32,000 nt of DNA from Cupriavidus necator (GCF_016127575.1 NZ_CP066018.1:2460001-2492000), one strand, 5' to 3'. Counted from the stretch's first letter, positions 1 through 9,695 are shown. The notes: generated by a model from the sequence alone, not told the origin. Program-made: numbers and translations.

Positions 1-278
1 GTCTGGTCGAGCTTGGTGCGGTTGGCGCCCGCGGTGCCGACCACCTGCGGCAGCAGCCCGGCGCGGCCCTGGGGCAGCCGCTCGCGCGTGGCCAGCAGCT
101 GCGAGCGCGCGCTGGCAAACTGCGCGTCATTGGCTTGCGCATCGCGATAGACCTGCAGCAGGTCGGCCGCGCTTGCCGGTGCCGCCGGCATCATGGCCAG
201 CAGCGGGGCAAGCAGGGAAACCGCGATCGCCAGGCGTGTCCGGATCACTCCGGGCAGGGCGTTGGGCGCAAACGTCAT
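1..278 (-). CDS. tolC: TolC-family outer membrane efflux protein, N-terminal fragment (gene runs off the left edge)
   Basis: Reverse-strand ATG at 276-278 with GGAG about 7 nt upstream. Hand translation MTFAPNALPGVIRTRLAIAVSLLAPLLAMMPAAPASAADLLQVYRDAQANDAQFASARSQLLATRERLPQGRAGLLPQVVG... shows a signal peptide plus the DLLxVYxxAxxND / ALLPQ opening typical of TolC-type OMPs. Absent from the ORF track because it is open at the window edge. Confidence 0.7.
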   Translation of the reverse strand, partial: MTFAPNALPGVIRTRLAIAVSLLAPLLAMMPAAPASAADLLQVYRDAQANDAQFASARSQLLATRERLPQGRAGLLPQVVGTAGANRTKLDQ

Positions 279-353
279 GAAAGCTCCAGGTTGCCGGGCG
301 CGGGCCGCGGCTACAGTCGATTCTTCTTGGTGTTGCTGTGCTGGACTGCCGCT

Positions 354-677
354 TCAGTACTTCGGCATGGCCGGGTCGACATCGCTGGCCCAGGCGTCGA
401 CGCCGCCGGTCAGGTTGTAGACCTTGCCGTAGCCCTGGCGCTCCAGGTAGGCCGCCACCTGCATGCTGCGTGCGCCGTGGTGGCAGATGCAGACGATGTC
501 GGCGTCTTCGTCGAGTTCGGCCGCGCGCGCGGGGATGTCCCGCATCGGGATGTGGGTGATGCCGGGCATGGCGCAGGTCTGCACCTCCCAGCCTTCACGC
601 ACGTCGAGCAGGACCGGCTTGGCGCGGCTGGCATCGGCCAGCCACTGGGCCAGTTCGGTCGCTTTGATGACCTGCAT
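354..677 (-). CDS. Single-domain rhodanese-like sulfurtransferase
   Basis: 107-aa ORF with LLDVRE and a Cys-X4-Arg active-site loop (CICHHGARS). AGGA overlaps the pcm stop about 10 nt upstream of the ATG. Confidence 0.85.
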   Translation of the reverse strand: MQVIKATELAQWLADASRAKPVLLDVREGWEVQTCAMPGITHIPMRDIPARAAELDEDADIVCICHHGARSMQVAAYLERQGYGKVYNLTGGVDAWASDVDPAMPKY

Positions 678-690
678 GGTGGATCTGTCC

Positions 691-1344
691 TCAGAACTGG
701 AATTGCGACGGCCGGGCCGCGCCCTGCAGGGGCTTGACCGCGGTTTCGAACAGGTTGACGACCTGGTATTCGGTCTCGGACACGCGTGTGACCAGGCGCG
801 CTTCCATTACCGGCAGTTCGCCGATGAAGGCGGCGATGCGGCCGCCCACCTTGACCTGCGACAGGATCGACTGCGGAATCGCCGGCAGCGAGCCCGAGAT
901 GCAGATCACGTCGTAGGGCGCGGCGGCGCTCCAGCCGTCGGCGGCGTTGCCTTCGGCCACGTCGACGTTGGTGACGCCCGCGTTGGCCAGGTTGGTGCGG
1001 GCCAGCTCGACCAGCTCGGGCACGATGTCCACGGTCAGCACGTGGCGCGCGCGGTTGGCCAGCAGGGCGGCCATGTAGCCGGAGCCGGCGCCGATTTCCA
1101 GCACGTTCTCATGCTTGCGCACGGCCAGGTCCTGCAGGATGCGGGCTTCCACGCGCGGCGCCAGCATGTTCTGCCCGGCGGGCAGCGGAATCTCCATGTC
1201 GACGAACGCCAGCGAGGCGTACGCGGCCGGGACGAACTGCTCCCGCTTGACTACCGCCAGCAGGTCCAGGATTTCCTGGTCCAGCACGTCCCACGGGCGG
1301 ATTTGCTGTTCGATCATGTTGAATCGGGCTTTTTCGAGATCCAT
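691..1344 (-). CDS. pcm: Protein-L-isoaspartate O-methyltransferase
   Basis: ORF 691..1404 trimmed to ATG at 1344 (MDLEKARFNMIEQQIRPW...). SAM-binding motif VLEIGAGSGY and overall PCMT-like sequence. The upstream 20 codons are R-rich and look non-coding. Confidence 0.85.
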   Translation of the reverse strand: MDLEKARFNMIEQQIRPWDVLDQEILDLLAVVKREQFVPAAYASLAFVDMEIPLPAGQNMLAPRVEARILQDLAVRKHENVLEIGAGSGYMAALLANRARHVLTVDIVPELVELARTNLANAGVTNVDVAEGNAADGWSAAAPYDVICISGSLPAIPQSILSQVKVGGRIAAFIGELPVMEARLVTRVSETEYQVVNLFETAVKPLQGAARPSQFQF

Positions 1345-1457
1345 CTTGCCATTCCTTACCAATGCCAACCGCTGTCGGTCTGTGCGCCGGCCGCGCGGTG
1401 CCACGGCCGGACAGTCTTATCAAACCCTTTATTTTAACCTTGCAGACGCCGCCAGGC

Positions 1458-4400
1458 TCATTCCGCGCTGGCCTCCGCCGGGGCCGGGCGATCCGGTGCC
1501 GCTTGCCGGCCGGGCGCGGGCTGCGCGTGCGCTGCGGGCTCGCTGGCGGGCTTGCCTTGCCACAGCCGGCGCAGCCAGGCGCCGAAATCATCAAGATACG
1601 TATAGATCACCGGCACCACCACCAGCGTCAGGATCGACGAGGTAATGATCCCGCCGATCACGGTCTGGCCCATCGGCGCGCGCTGCTCGGCGCCTTCGCC
1701 CAGGCTGAAGGCCAGCGGCACCATGCCGAAGATCATCGCCAGCGTGGTCATCAGGATGGGGCGCAGCCGCACGCGCGCGGCCTCCACCAGCGCCGCCTCG
1801 CGCGACAGCGGCTGGCGGCCGTCGCCAACTCCACCCTGGTCCACATGGCCCTGGCGCGCCTGGTTGGCGAAGTCCACCAGCAGGATCGCGTTCTTGGTCA
1901 CCAGCCCCATCAGCATGATGAAGCCGATGATCGAGAACATGTTCAGCGTCGAGCGGAACAGCAGCAGCGCCGCGAACACGCCGACCAGCGTCAGCGGCAG
2001 CGAGGTCATGATGGCGATCGGCTGGAAGAAGCTGGCGAACTGCGAGGCCAGGATCATGTAGATGAAGATCACCGCCAGCGCCAGCGCGGACACGGCGTAG
2101 CCGAAGGACTCGTTCATCGACTTGGTCGACCCGCCAAAGCGGTACTTGTAGCCGGCCGGCCAGTTCATGCCGTCCAGCGCGGCCTTGACGTCGCGCGCGA
2201 CTTCGCCGGCCGAGCGCCCGGCCACGTTGGCGGTCAGCTCGACCTCGCGGTTCAGGTCGCGCCGGCTGATCTGGTTGGCGCCGGTGGTCGGCACCAGCTC
2301 GGCGATCTGGCGCAGCGGCACCATCCTGGGCGAGCCGTCGGCGTTGGTCTGGCTGCTGGCGATCATCAGCGCGCTCAGGTCGGCCATGCCGGTGCGCGCG
2401 TCCCTGGGCAGGCGCACGCGCACGTCGTAGTTCTCGTCATCGGGCGCGCGCCATGAGCTGATGGCGTCGCCGGCCAGCAGCGGGCGCAGGGCATTGCCGA
2501 TCTGCGCCACGCCCACGCCCAGGTCAGAGGCCAGCTCGCGCCGGATGCGCACCTCGATGGTGGGGCGGTCGTCCTTCATGCTCGAATCCAGGTCGGCCAG
2601 GCCGCGGATCGCCTTCATGCGCGTGCCGGCTTCCCTGGACAGGCGCCGCAGTTCGTCCAGGTCATCGCCCTGGATCGATACCTGGATCGCCTTCTGGCCG
2701 CCGGCGCCGTCGGGCATGCCCACCAGCGTCAGCGTGATGCCGGCAATGCCCGCCAGGCGCTGCCGGATCAGCGGGTTGAGCTGCGCGGTGGACAGCTGGC
2801 GCGAGCGCCGCTCGGTCAGGCGCACCGACACCAGCGCATTGTTGCGGCCCGAGGCATTGCCCGAGTTGATGGTGGCGTAGGTGTAGGCCACTTCGGGGAA
2901 CGATTTGAGCGCGGCTTCCACCTGCCGCACCTTGGCTTCGGTGACTTCGATCGAGGTGCCGACCGGCGTGGTGAATCCCACCTGGGTCTCGCCCAGGTCG
3001 GCATTGGGCACGAATTCCGTGCCGATCAGCGGCACCAGCGCAAAGCTGCCGAAGAAGGTTACCGCGGCGATGATGGCGGTGGCCAGCCGGTGCTTCAGCG
3101 CCCAGCCCAGCATGCCGGCGTAGCCGTTGCCAAGCTTGTCCATCTTTGCCGAGAACCAGTCCAGCAACCGCCCCACCGTGCGCCCGTACCAGCTCTTCTT
3201 GTTGCCGGTGCCGTGCAGGTCCGGGTCATGCCAGACCGACGACAGCATCGGGTCCAGCGTGAACGAGACGAACATCGAGATCAGCACCGCCGCCACCACG
3301 GTGATGCCGAACTGGTGGAAGAAGCGCCCGATGATGCCGCCCATGAAGCCCACCGGCAGGAACACCGCCACGATCGAGAAGGTGGTGGCCAGCACCGCCA
3401 GCCCAATCTCGTTGGTGCCGTCCAGCGCCGCGCTGCGGTGGTCCTTGCCCATCAGGTTGTGGCGCACGATGTTCTCGCGCACCACGATGGCATCGTCGAT
3501 CAGCAGGCCCACGCACAGCGACAGCGCCATCAGCGTGATCACGTTGAGCGTGAAGCCGCACATATACATCACGCCGAAGGTGCCGATCAGCGCGATCGGC
3601 AGCGTCAGGCCGGTGATCACCGTGCTGCGCCAGGAGCCCAGGAACAGGAATACGATCGCCACCGTCAGGAAGGCGCCTTCCAGCAGCGTCGAGCGCACCT
3701 CCTTGACGCTGCTGCGGATGCCGCGCGCGGTGTCGTTGACCACGTTCAGCTGCACCCCGGCCGGCACCAGCTTGCGTGTTTCCTCGGTCATGCGCACCAG
3801 GCCGTCGACGGTATCGACCGTGTTCTGTCCCTGCGCCTTCACCACCGACAGGAACAGGGCGCGCTTGCCGTCCAGCAGCGCCAGGCTTTCCTGCTCTTCC
3901 TGGCCGTCGCGCACATCGGCAATCTCGCCCAGCGTGACCGGCTGTCCGGCGCGGCGCGCGACGATGATCTGGCGGAACGCGTCGGGGGTGGGCACGCGGC
4001 CCTTGATCTGCACCACCGTTTCCGTGGCCGAGGAACGCAGCTCGCCCGCGGGCAGTTCCTGGTTCTCGTTGCGGATGGCGTTCATGACCTGGTCCACGCC
4101 AATCCCCAGCGCCTCGAGCTGCGCCGGCCGGATGCGGATCTCGACCTCGCGCTTGGTGCCGCCCACGATATTGATGGCGCCCACGCCGCGCACCGTCTCC
4201 AGCCGCTTGCGCACGATCTGGTCGGCGATGGTGGTCAGCTCGCGCTGGCTGTGGGTGGCGCCCGGTGCGTTGGAGACCGAGAGATAGAAGATCGGCGCAT
4301 CGGACGGGTCATAGCGCAGCACGCGCGGCTCTTTCACCTCGTCGCGGAACTGCGGGCGGATCAGCGCGATCTTGTCGCGCACGTCCTGCGCGGCCTGGCC

Positions 4401-4703
4401 GACGTCGACGCTCAGGTCGAACTTGATGACGACGACCGAAGTGCCCTGGTACGAATGCGAGAAGATCTCGTCGATGCCGGAGATGGTGTTGACGATCTCC
4501 TCGACCTTGCGCGTGACGTCGGACTCCACCGACTCCGGCGCGGCGCCGGGATATTCCGTCTGCACCACCACCACCGGGAAGGTGATGTCGGGGAACTGGT
4601 CGACCGGCAGCCGCTGGTAAGAGAACAGCCCCACCACGATGAAGGCCATCATCATCATGGTGGCCAGCACCGGGTTGCGGATCGACAGGCGCGTGAACCA
4701 CAT
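1458..4703 (-). CDS. RND efflux transporter permease subunit (AcrB/HAE1-like, 1081 aa)
   Basis: Full-length 12-TM RND architecture. N-terminus MWFTRLSIRNPVLATMMMMAFIVVGLFSYQRLPVDQFPDITFPVVVVQTEYPGAAPE is typical of this family. Pro/Ala-rich C-terminal tail. ATG lies 12 nt after the MFP stop. Confidence 0.95.
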   Translation of the reverse strand: MWFTRLSIRNPVLATMMMMAFIVVGLFSYQRLPVDQFPDITFPVVVVQTEYPGAAPESVESDVTRKVEEIVNTISGIDEIFSHSYQGTSVVVIKFDLSVDVGQAAQDVRDKIALIRPQFRDEVKEPRVLRYDPSDAPIFYLSVSNAPGATHSQRELTTIADQIVRKRLETVRGVGAINIVGGTKREVEIRIRPAQLEALGIGVDQVMNAIRNENQELPAGELRSSATETVVQIKGRVPTPDAFRQIIVARRAGQPVTLGEIADVRDGQEEQESLALLDGKRALFLSVVKAQGQNTVDTVDGLVRMTEETRKLVPAGVQLNVVNDTARGIRSSVKEVRSTLLEGAFLTVAIVFLFLGSWRSTVITGLTLPIALIGTFGVMYMCGFTLNVITLMALSLCVGLLIDDAIVVRENIVRHNLMGKDHRSAALDGTNEIGLAVLATTFSIVAVFLPVGFMGGIIGRFFHQFGITVVAAVLISMFVSFTLDPMLSSVWHDPDLHGTGNKKSWYGRTVGRLLDWFSAKMDKLGNGYAGMLGWALKHRLATAIIAAVTFFGSFALVPLIGTEFVPNADLGETQVGFTTPVGTSIEVTEAKVRQVEAALKSFPEVAYTYATINSGNASGRNNALVSVRLTERRSRQLSTAQLNPLIRQRLAGIAGITLTLVGMPDGAGGQKAIQVSIQGDDLDELRRLSREAGTRMKAIRGLADLDSSMKDDRPTIEVRIRRELASDLGVGVAQIGNALRPLLAGDAISSWRAPDDENYDVRVRLPRDARTGMADLSALMIASSQTNADGSPRMVPLRQIAELVPTTGANQISRRDLNREVELTANVAGRSAGEVARDVKAALDGMNWPAGYKYRFGGSTKSMNESFGYAVSALALAVIFIYMILASQFASFFQPIAIMTSLPLTLVGVFAALLLFRSTLNMFSIIGFIMLMGLVTKNAILLVDFANQARQGHVDQGGVGDGRQPLSREAALVEAARVRLRPILMTTLAMIFGMVPLAFSLGEGAEQRAPMGQTVIGGIITSSILTLVVVPVIYTYLDDFGAWLRRLWQGKPASEPAAHAQPAPGRQAAPDRPAPAEASAE

Positions 4704-4714
4704 GGCGCGGGCCC

Positions 4715-5827
4715 TTATGCCTTGACGCGCTTGACCTGGCTGCCGCTGCGCAGCGTGCCGAGGTTGTTGCGGACGATCTCGGTGCCCGCGTCCAGCCCCG
4801 AGACGATCTCCACCATGCCGCTGGCCTCGTCGCGGATGCCAAGCTGCACCGGGCGCTCGGCCAGCGTGTCCTTGTCGATGGCATAGACAAAGGCGCGCTC
4901 GCCTTCGGTGCGCACCGCCGAGGACGGCACCGCCACTACGCCGGCACGCTCGCCCAGCACCAGCGCGCCGCGCGCGAACATGCCGGCGCGCAGCGTCTGG
5001 TCTGCATTCTCGATGCGGATATAGACCATGATGCTGCGCGTGCCCTGGCTGACTGCCGGGTTGATGCGCACCAGCTTGCCGGTGAAGCGGCCGGCGCCTT
5101 CCACGTCCAGCGCCACCGGCTGGCCGACCGCGGCGCGCGCCACGTCCGCCATCGGGATCGGCGCTTCCAGTTCCAGCACGCGCAGGTCGACTACGTCGAC
5201 CAGGCGCGTATCCGGCGAGACCTTCTCGCCCGGCTGCACCGCGCGCGCGGCCACCATGCCGTCGAGCGGGGCCTTGACCACGGTGTCGGCCAGCGCCTTC
5301 TGCGCCACCGCCAGGCCGCCCTGGGCCGCGTCTAGGTTGGCGTGGGCGACGTCCAGGTCGGCCTGGTACTTGTCGAACGCGGTCCTGGAGATAAAGCCCT
5401 TGCCGACCAGCTCGCGGTTGCGCTCCCAGGTCTGGCGCGAGTTCTCGAACTGCCCGCGCGTGGCCAGCATCTGGCCGCGCGCCTGCGCTACCCTGGCCTC
5501 GTACTCGGTGGGATCGATGCGCACGATCACCTGGCCGGCGCGCACCGGCTCGCCCTCACGTACCAGCACCGCCTTGACCTCGCCGGAGACCTTGGCCTTG
5601 ACCGAGGCCTGGTTCAGCGCACGCAGGCTGCCCGACAGCGGCAGCGACACCCGCAGGTCCTGGCGCGCCACGCTGACCAGGTCGGTCTGCAGGAATTCCA
5701 CCACGTTGACGGCGGCCTGGGCCGGCGCCTGCGGCTGGCGCGCGCTGACGGCCTTGCGCACGGCGACCGTGGCGGTCAGCGCGATGGCGATGCAGGCGGC
5801 GGTGATCAGCAGGGGCTTGCGCTTCAT
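4715..5827 (-). CDS. RND efflux periplasmic adaptor (membrane fusion protein)
   Basis: ORF 4715..6070 trimmed to ATG 5827 (MKRKPLLITAACIAIALTATVAV... membrane anchor). Coiled-coil/lipoyl/beta-barrel HlyD-like sequence (VKAKVSGEV..., coiled-coil AQARGQMLATRGQFENSR...). Start is 2 nt after the TetR stop. Confidence 0.9.
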   Translation of the reverse strand: MKRKPLLITAACIAIALTATVAVRKAVSARQPQAPAQAAVNVVEFLQTDLVSVARQDLRVSLPLSGSLRALNQASVKAKVSGEVKAVLVREGEPVRAGQVIVRIDPTEYEARVAQARGQMLATRGQFENSRQTWERNRELVGKGFISRTAFDKYQADLDVAHANLDAAQGGLAVAQKALADTVVKAPLDGMVAARAVQPGEKVSPDTRLVDVVDLRVLELEAPIPMADVARAAVGQPVALDVEGAGRFTGKLVRINPAVSQGTRSIMVYIRIENADQTLRAGMFARGALVLGERAGVVAVPSSAVRTEGERAFVYAIDKDTLAERPVQLGIRDEASGMVEIVSGLDAGTEIVRNNLGTLRSGSQVKRVKA

Positions 5828-5829
5828 GT

Positions 5830-6702
5830 TCAGGGGCCGGGTCGCGGCGCAGGGGGATCGGGCTCGGCGTCGGCTTCCATGGCGGCGGCGCGTTGCGCCA
5901 GCATGTCGTCGCGGATGCGTTCCCAGATGTAGGGGCCGGTCTGCGGCGGCAGCGGGCGATTGCGGGCATCGCCGGTGGTGAGCCCGAACAGCAGCGTGTC
6001 CAGCAGGCCGTCCAGGAAGGCCTCGGGGTCGATGTCCTTCTCGGCGGTGGCGCGCAGCGCGCGCTGCCACAGCATCAGGAACACCAGCGGCGCACAGACC
6101 AGCGTCGTGGTGGGGTTGGCCGGCATCGCGCGGAATTCGCCGCGCGCCACGCCGCGGGCCAGCACCTTGGCGAACAACTCGTCGCCCGGCATCATCACTT
6201 CCTGGTTATAGAAACGGGCGATGTCCGGGAAGTTGGCCGACTCGGCCATGATCAGCTTGGTCAGCCCCGCCACCGGCGTGGCGCCGATCAGGCCCCACCA
6301 GCCGCGCAGCAGCTCGCGCAACAGCTCGGGCGTGCTGCCGTCGTAGGCGTCGACCAGGTCCGACCCGCGCGCCAGTGCCGGCACCAGGTTCTCGCGCACC
6401 ACCGACTTGAACAGCTCTTCCTTGTTGGCAAAGTAAAGATAGACCGTGCCCTTGGACACGCCGGCCGCCGCGGCCACGTCTTCCAGCCGGGTGGCCGCAT
6501 ACCCGCGCTCAACGAAGAGGTCGAGCGCGGCGGCCACCAGCTCTTGCGGGCGGGCGGCCTTGCGCCGGCTCCAGCGCGGGGTGTCGGCGTCCTTGTGCGC
6601 ATCGGCGGGCGTTTTCACGGGTGTCTTGCGGGTACTGCGGGGCACGTGGGGGCGGCTCGGAAAGTTAATAACTTGTGGGTCAGTAATGTAGATGAGCGCC
6701 AT
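5830..6702 (-). CDS. TetR/AcrR-family transcriptional regulator, co-oriented with the efflux genes
   Basis: HTH region ELVAAALDLFVERGYAATRLEDVAAAAGVSKGTVYLYFANKEELF. First ATG is at 6702. Codons 5-13 are AT-rich with low GC3, so the true start may be an in-frame GTG at 6645 or 6618. Stop TGA 5830-5832. Confidence 0.8.
   Translation of the reverse strand: MALIYITDPQVINFPSRPHVPRSTRKTPVKTPADAHKDADTPRWSRRKAARPQELVAAALDLFVERGYAATRLEDVAAAAGVSKGTVYLYFANKEELFKSVVRENLVPALARGSDLVDAYDGSTPELLRELLRGWWGLIGATPVAGLTKLIMAESANFPDIARFYNQEVMMPGDELFAKVLARGVARGEFRAMPANPTTTLVCAPLVFLMLWQRALRATAEKDIDPEAFLDGLLDTLLFGLTTGDARNRPLPPQTGPYIWERIRDDMLAQRAAAMEADAEPDPPAPRPGP
6662..6674. promoter_or_regulatory. 13-bp palindrome AAGTTA-A-TAACTT in an AT-rich patch; candidate TetR operator or promoter element
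   Basis: Perfect 6-bp arms read directly from the sequence. Lies in the only AT-rich patch upstream of the TetR HTH-coding region. Confidence 0.3.
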
Positions 6703-6914
6703 GAGGGGGTCAAGCGCAGGCCGGCGACCCTCGGGAACACACCGGGATTGCACTGAGGCGGATTTACGACGTGTGGCTTGTTGTGCGCTTTTCCCGGCGA
6801 TGCCCGGGCGCGGCTTACCGCGTTTTCCTTTTCTTACAGGACGGCAGCGGCCCTTCGGGCACAATGTCCCCTTTATGCTGGCCGCCTGGCGGCCGCCCAT
6901 CCTGAACCATCGTC

Positions 6915-7220
6915 ATGAGCTGCCGGTCAGACCTTTCCTGCCGCGCGGGCTGCGGCGCCTGCTGCATCGCCCCGTCGATTGCCTCGCCGCTACCCGGCAT
7001 GCCCGCCGGCAAGCCGGCGGGCATGCCGTGCGCGCAGCTGCTGCCGGATATGCGCTGCGCGGTATTCGGCAGCCCGGACCGGCCTGCGTTCTGCGGCGGC
7101 CTGAAGCCGTCGGCCGAGATGTGCGGCGATTCGCGCGAAGCCGCGCTGCACTGGCTGACCCGGCTGGAAATCCTGACCGCGCCGCAGGCCGGGCCCGGGC
7201 GGCCCGGTCCGCTCGCATGA
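6915..7220 (+). CDS. YkgJ-family (UPF0153) cysteine-cluster protein
   Basis: 101-aa ORF starting [22 protein letters not shown]..., which carries the CxxxCxxCC zinc/iron-chelating cluster plus downstream Cys residues. Divergent from the TetR gene. Confidence 0.7.
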   Translation: MSCRSDLSCRAGCGACCIAPSIASPLPGMPAGKPAGMPCAQLLPDMRCAVFGSPDRPAFCGGLKPSAEMCGDSREAALHWLTRLEILTAPQAGPGRPGPLA

Positions 7221-7261
7221 CGCCTGGTACGCCACCTGACTATCCCGCAATCGGAGGCAAT

Positions 7262-7822
7262 ATGATCCGGACTTCCCGACGGCGCTGGCTTGCCGCGGCA
7301 GCCGCGGCCACGCTGGCCGTGGGCCTGGCCGCCTGCGGCGCCTTCCGCAACGAATACACCTTCTCGCAAAGCCAGCTGCAGGCGGCGCTGGAGCGCAAGT
7401 TTCCGTTCAACAAGCGCTATATGGAGTTGTTCGACATCCAGCTGACCAACCCGCAGCTGACGCTGGACCCGGCGCGCAACCGCGTCAACGTGCAGTTTGA
7501 CGCCATGATCGACAACAAGCTGTTCTTCAGCCGGGCCCTGTCAGGGCGTTTTGCGCTGGACAGCGGCCTGCGCTATGACGAACCCACGCGCTCGGTGGTG
7601 CTGCAGGACCCCGAGGTGCAGCGCTTCGACGTGCAGGGCATGCCCGCGCAGTTTTCGCGCCAGCTCAACGCGCTGGGCGGCATCCTGGCCGAGCAGCTGC
7701 TGCAGGACTATCCGCTCTATACCTTCCGCGAAGACCAGCTGCGGGTTGCCGGCACGAATGTGGCACCCGGTACAATCACCGTTTTGCCAGACGGCATCAA
7801 CGTCAAGATCAACCGCCCGTGA
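7262..7822 (+). CDS. DUF1439-like lipoprotein
   Basis: ORF 6692..7822 trimmed to ATG 7262 (MIRTSRRRWLAAAAAATLAVGLAAC...). Signal peptide with lipobox GLAAC. The remainder resembles YceB/DUF1439 (FSQSQLQAALERKFPF...). The long upstream extension overlaps ykgJ in another frame. Confidence 0.65.
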   Translation: MIRTSRRRWLAAAAAATLAVGLAACGAFRNEYTFSQSQLQAALERKFPFNKRYMELFDIQLTNPQLTLDPARNRVNVQFDAMIDNKLFFSRALSGRFALDSGLRYDEPTRSVVLQDPEVQRFDVQGMPAQFSRQLNALGGILAEQLLQDYPLYTFREDQLRVAGTNVAPGTITVLPDGINVKINRP

Positions 7823-7900
7823 CCGGGGCGCTCATACAACAATCCAGGCGGTCCGGCGCGCATGCCGGGCAACGCCCATGACCACGTTTCTCCGTTCCGC

Positions 7901-8782
7901 ATGGAAATCGCACTTGCCCTGAAAGCCGTGATACTCGGCATCGTCGAAGGACTGACCGAGTTTCTCCCCATCTCCAGCACCGGCCACCTGATCCTGGCCG
8001 GCCAGCTGCTCGACTTCAACGACGAGAAGGGCAAGATCTTCGAAATCGTGATCCAGTTCGGCGCGATCCTGGCGGTCTGCTGGGAATTCCGCGCGCGCAT
8101 CGGCAACGTGGTGCGCGGCCTGCGCGCCGAGCCGCTCGCGCAACGCTTTGCCGCCAACGTGGTGATCGCCTCGGTGCCGGCCATCGTGCTGGCCTTTATC
8201 TTCGGCAAATGGATCAAGGCCCACTTGTTCAACCCGATCTCGGTGGCGCTGGCCTTTATTGTTGGCGGCGTGGTGATCCTGCTGGCCGAATGGCGCGACG
8301 CGCGCCGCGGCACGGTCTCGCATCCGCAGGGCAATGCGCTGCTGGAGGCCGCCAAGGCCGGCGCGCCGCGGATTGAATCGGTCGATGACCTGAACTGGCG
8401 CGATGCCCTCAAGGTCGGCCTGGCGCAATGCTTCGCGCTGGTGCCGGGCACCTCGCGCTCGGGCGCCACCATCATTGGCGGCATGCTGTTCGGGCTGTCG
8501 CGGCAGGTGGCCACCGAATTCTCGTTCTTCCTGGCGATCCCGGTGATCTTCGGCGCCACCGTGTACGAGCTGTACAAGGCGCGCGCGCTGCTGAACGGGG
8601 ACGACCTCGGCATCTTCGCGGTGGGCTTCGTCTTTGCCTTCCTGTCCGCCTTCCTGTGCGTGCGCTGGCTGCTGCGTTTCGTCGCCACGCATGATTTCAA
8701 GCCGTTTGCCTGGTACCGTATCGCCTTCGGCATCGTGGTGCTGTTGACCGCGTACTCCGGCCTGGTGTCCTGGCACGCCTGA
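7901..8782 (+). CDS. uppP: Undecaprenyl-diphosphate phosphatase
   Basis: ORF 7862..8782 trimmed to ATG 7901 ([32 protein letters not shown]...). Contains the BacA/UppP signature motifs [10 protein letters not shown] and [10 protein letters not shown]. Confidence 0.9.
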   Translation: MEIALALKAVILGIVEGLTEFLPISSTGHLILAGQLLDFNDEKGKIFEIVIQFGAILAVCWEFRARIGNVVRGLRAEPLAQRFAANVVIASVPAIVLAFIFGKWIKAHLFNPISVALAFIVGGVVILLAEWRDARRGTVSHPQGNALLEAAKAGAPRIESVDDLNWRDALKVGLAQCFALVPGTSRSGATIIGGMLFGLSRQVATEFSFFLAIPVIFGATVYELYKARALLNGDDLGIFAVGFVFAFLSAFLCVRWLLRFVATHDFKPFAWYRIAFGIVVLLTAYSGLVSWHA

Positions 8783-8802
8783 GCGGGATTGCAGCAGGCA
8801 AC

Positions 8803-8832
8803 AAAAAAGCGTGGCGGGTGCCACGCTTTTTT
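8803..8832. terminator. Bidirectional rho-independent terminator between convergent uppP and trmB
   Basis: AAAAAA-GCGTGGC-gggt-GCCACGC-TTTTTT. A 7-bp GC stem flanked by an A-run and a T-run. Confidence 0.75.
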
Positions 8833-8851
8833 GTTTCTCCGTCGCCAGCGC

Positions 8852-9643
8852 TCAGGCGGCGCGCTTGCGAAAGACCACGTCCCACACGCCATGCCCGAGG
8901 CGCACGCCGCGCCGCTCGAACTTGGTCACGGGCCGGTAATCGGGCCGCTCGGCAAATCCGTCCGCAGCGGTCGAGGTGTTCTCCAGCAACGGCTCGCCCG
9001 ACAGCACTTCCAGCATCTGATGCGCGTACTCTTCCCAGTCGGTCGCGCAGTGGATATAGCCGCCCGGCTTCAGCCGCGCGGCCAGCACCTTCACCAGCGG
9101 CGGCTGCACCAGCCGGCGCTTGTTGTGGCGCTTCTTGTGCCAGGGGTCCGGGAAGTAGATATGCACGCCGTCCAGGCAGTCATCGGTCAGCATATGCGCG
9201 ATCACCTCCACCGCATCGTGCTGGAGGATCCGCACATTGGCCAGGCCGCGCTCGTCGATCAGCTTGAGCAGCGCGCCCACGCCGGGCTCATGCACCTCGC
9301 AGCCCAGGAAGTTGTCTTGCGGCCGCAGGCCGGCGATATGCGCGGTGGTCTCACCCATGCCGAAGCCGATCTCAAGGATCGACGGCGCCTTGCGGCCAAA
9401 TGTTGCCTCCCAGTCCAGTGGCTGCGGTGCGTACGGCACCATCATGCGCGGCCCGACTTCGTCGATGGCACGCTGCTGCCCGGTCGAGGTCCGCCCCGCG
9501 CGGCGCACGAACGAACGGATCCGGCGCGGATGCGCAACGCCTTCAGGATCGGCAGGAGAGGGGGCGGACGCTTGTCCGGCGCTGTCTACCGGCGCGGCGT
9601 CGTCAGCCGGCGTCGGTTCGGTGCTGGGGTCTTGGGGAAGCAT
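8852..9643 (-). CDS. trmB: tRNA (guanine46-N7)-methyltransferase
   Basis: 263-aa ORF with LEIGFGMGE (SAM-binding) and [14 protein letters not shown] motifs. Pro/Ala/Asp-rich N-terminal extension. Confidence 0.9.
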   Translation of the reverse strand: MLPQDPSTEPTPADDAAPVDSAGQASAPSPADPEGVAHPRRIRSFVRRAGRTSTGQQRAIDEVGPRMMVPYAPQPLDWEATFGRKAPSILEIGFGMGETTAHIAGLRPQDNFLGCEVHEPGVGALLKLIDERGLANVRILQHDAVEVIAHMLTDDCLDGVHIYFPDPWHKKRHNKRRLVQPPLVKVLAARLKPGGYIHCATDWEEYAHQMLEVLSGEPLLENTSTAADGFAERPDYRPVTKFERRGVRLGHGVWDVVFRKRAA

Positions 9644-9646
9644 GGC

Positions 9647-9695
9647 AACAAAAAAGCCGCCGGGCAGATCACCGTAATGGTGGCAAAGGCGGCTT
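9647..9695 (-). terminator. Candidate terminator/attenuator hairpin after tRNA-Gly, ending 6 nt before the trmB ATG
   Basis: Reverse strand: AAGCCGCC (9695-9688) ... GGCGGCTT (9661-9654) with an inner CACC/GGTG helix, followed by a T-run (plus-strand A-run 9650-9655). The loop is large, so confidence is modest. Confidence 0.4.

Noticed and set aside
3090-4886. 598-aa plus-strand ORF antisense to the RND/MFP genes. Similar long antisense ORFs occur at 463..1437, 1362..2456, 17678..19780, 20153..21037, 22377..24515, 24864..26684, 28910..30730, 12806..14077, 14324..15652 and 15460..16821.
   Set aside because: All lie opposite genes with strong family signatures. Their translations are Arg/Ala/Gly/His/Pro-rich low-complexity sequence, typical of shadow frames in high-GC DNA.
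6880-6894. Palindrome GGCCGCC-T-GGCGGCC upstream of the ykgJ-like gene as a regulatory site.
   Set aside because: Short GC-only palindromes like this are expected by chance in DNA of this composition, and no supporting promoter context was found.
6692-7261. N-terminal 190-codon extension of the DUF1439 ORF (ORF 6692..7822).
   Set aside because: It overlaps the well-supported ykgJ-like gene in another frame. The lipoprotein signal peptide begins at ATG 7262.
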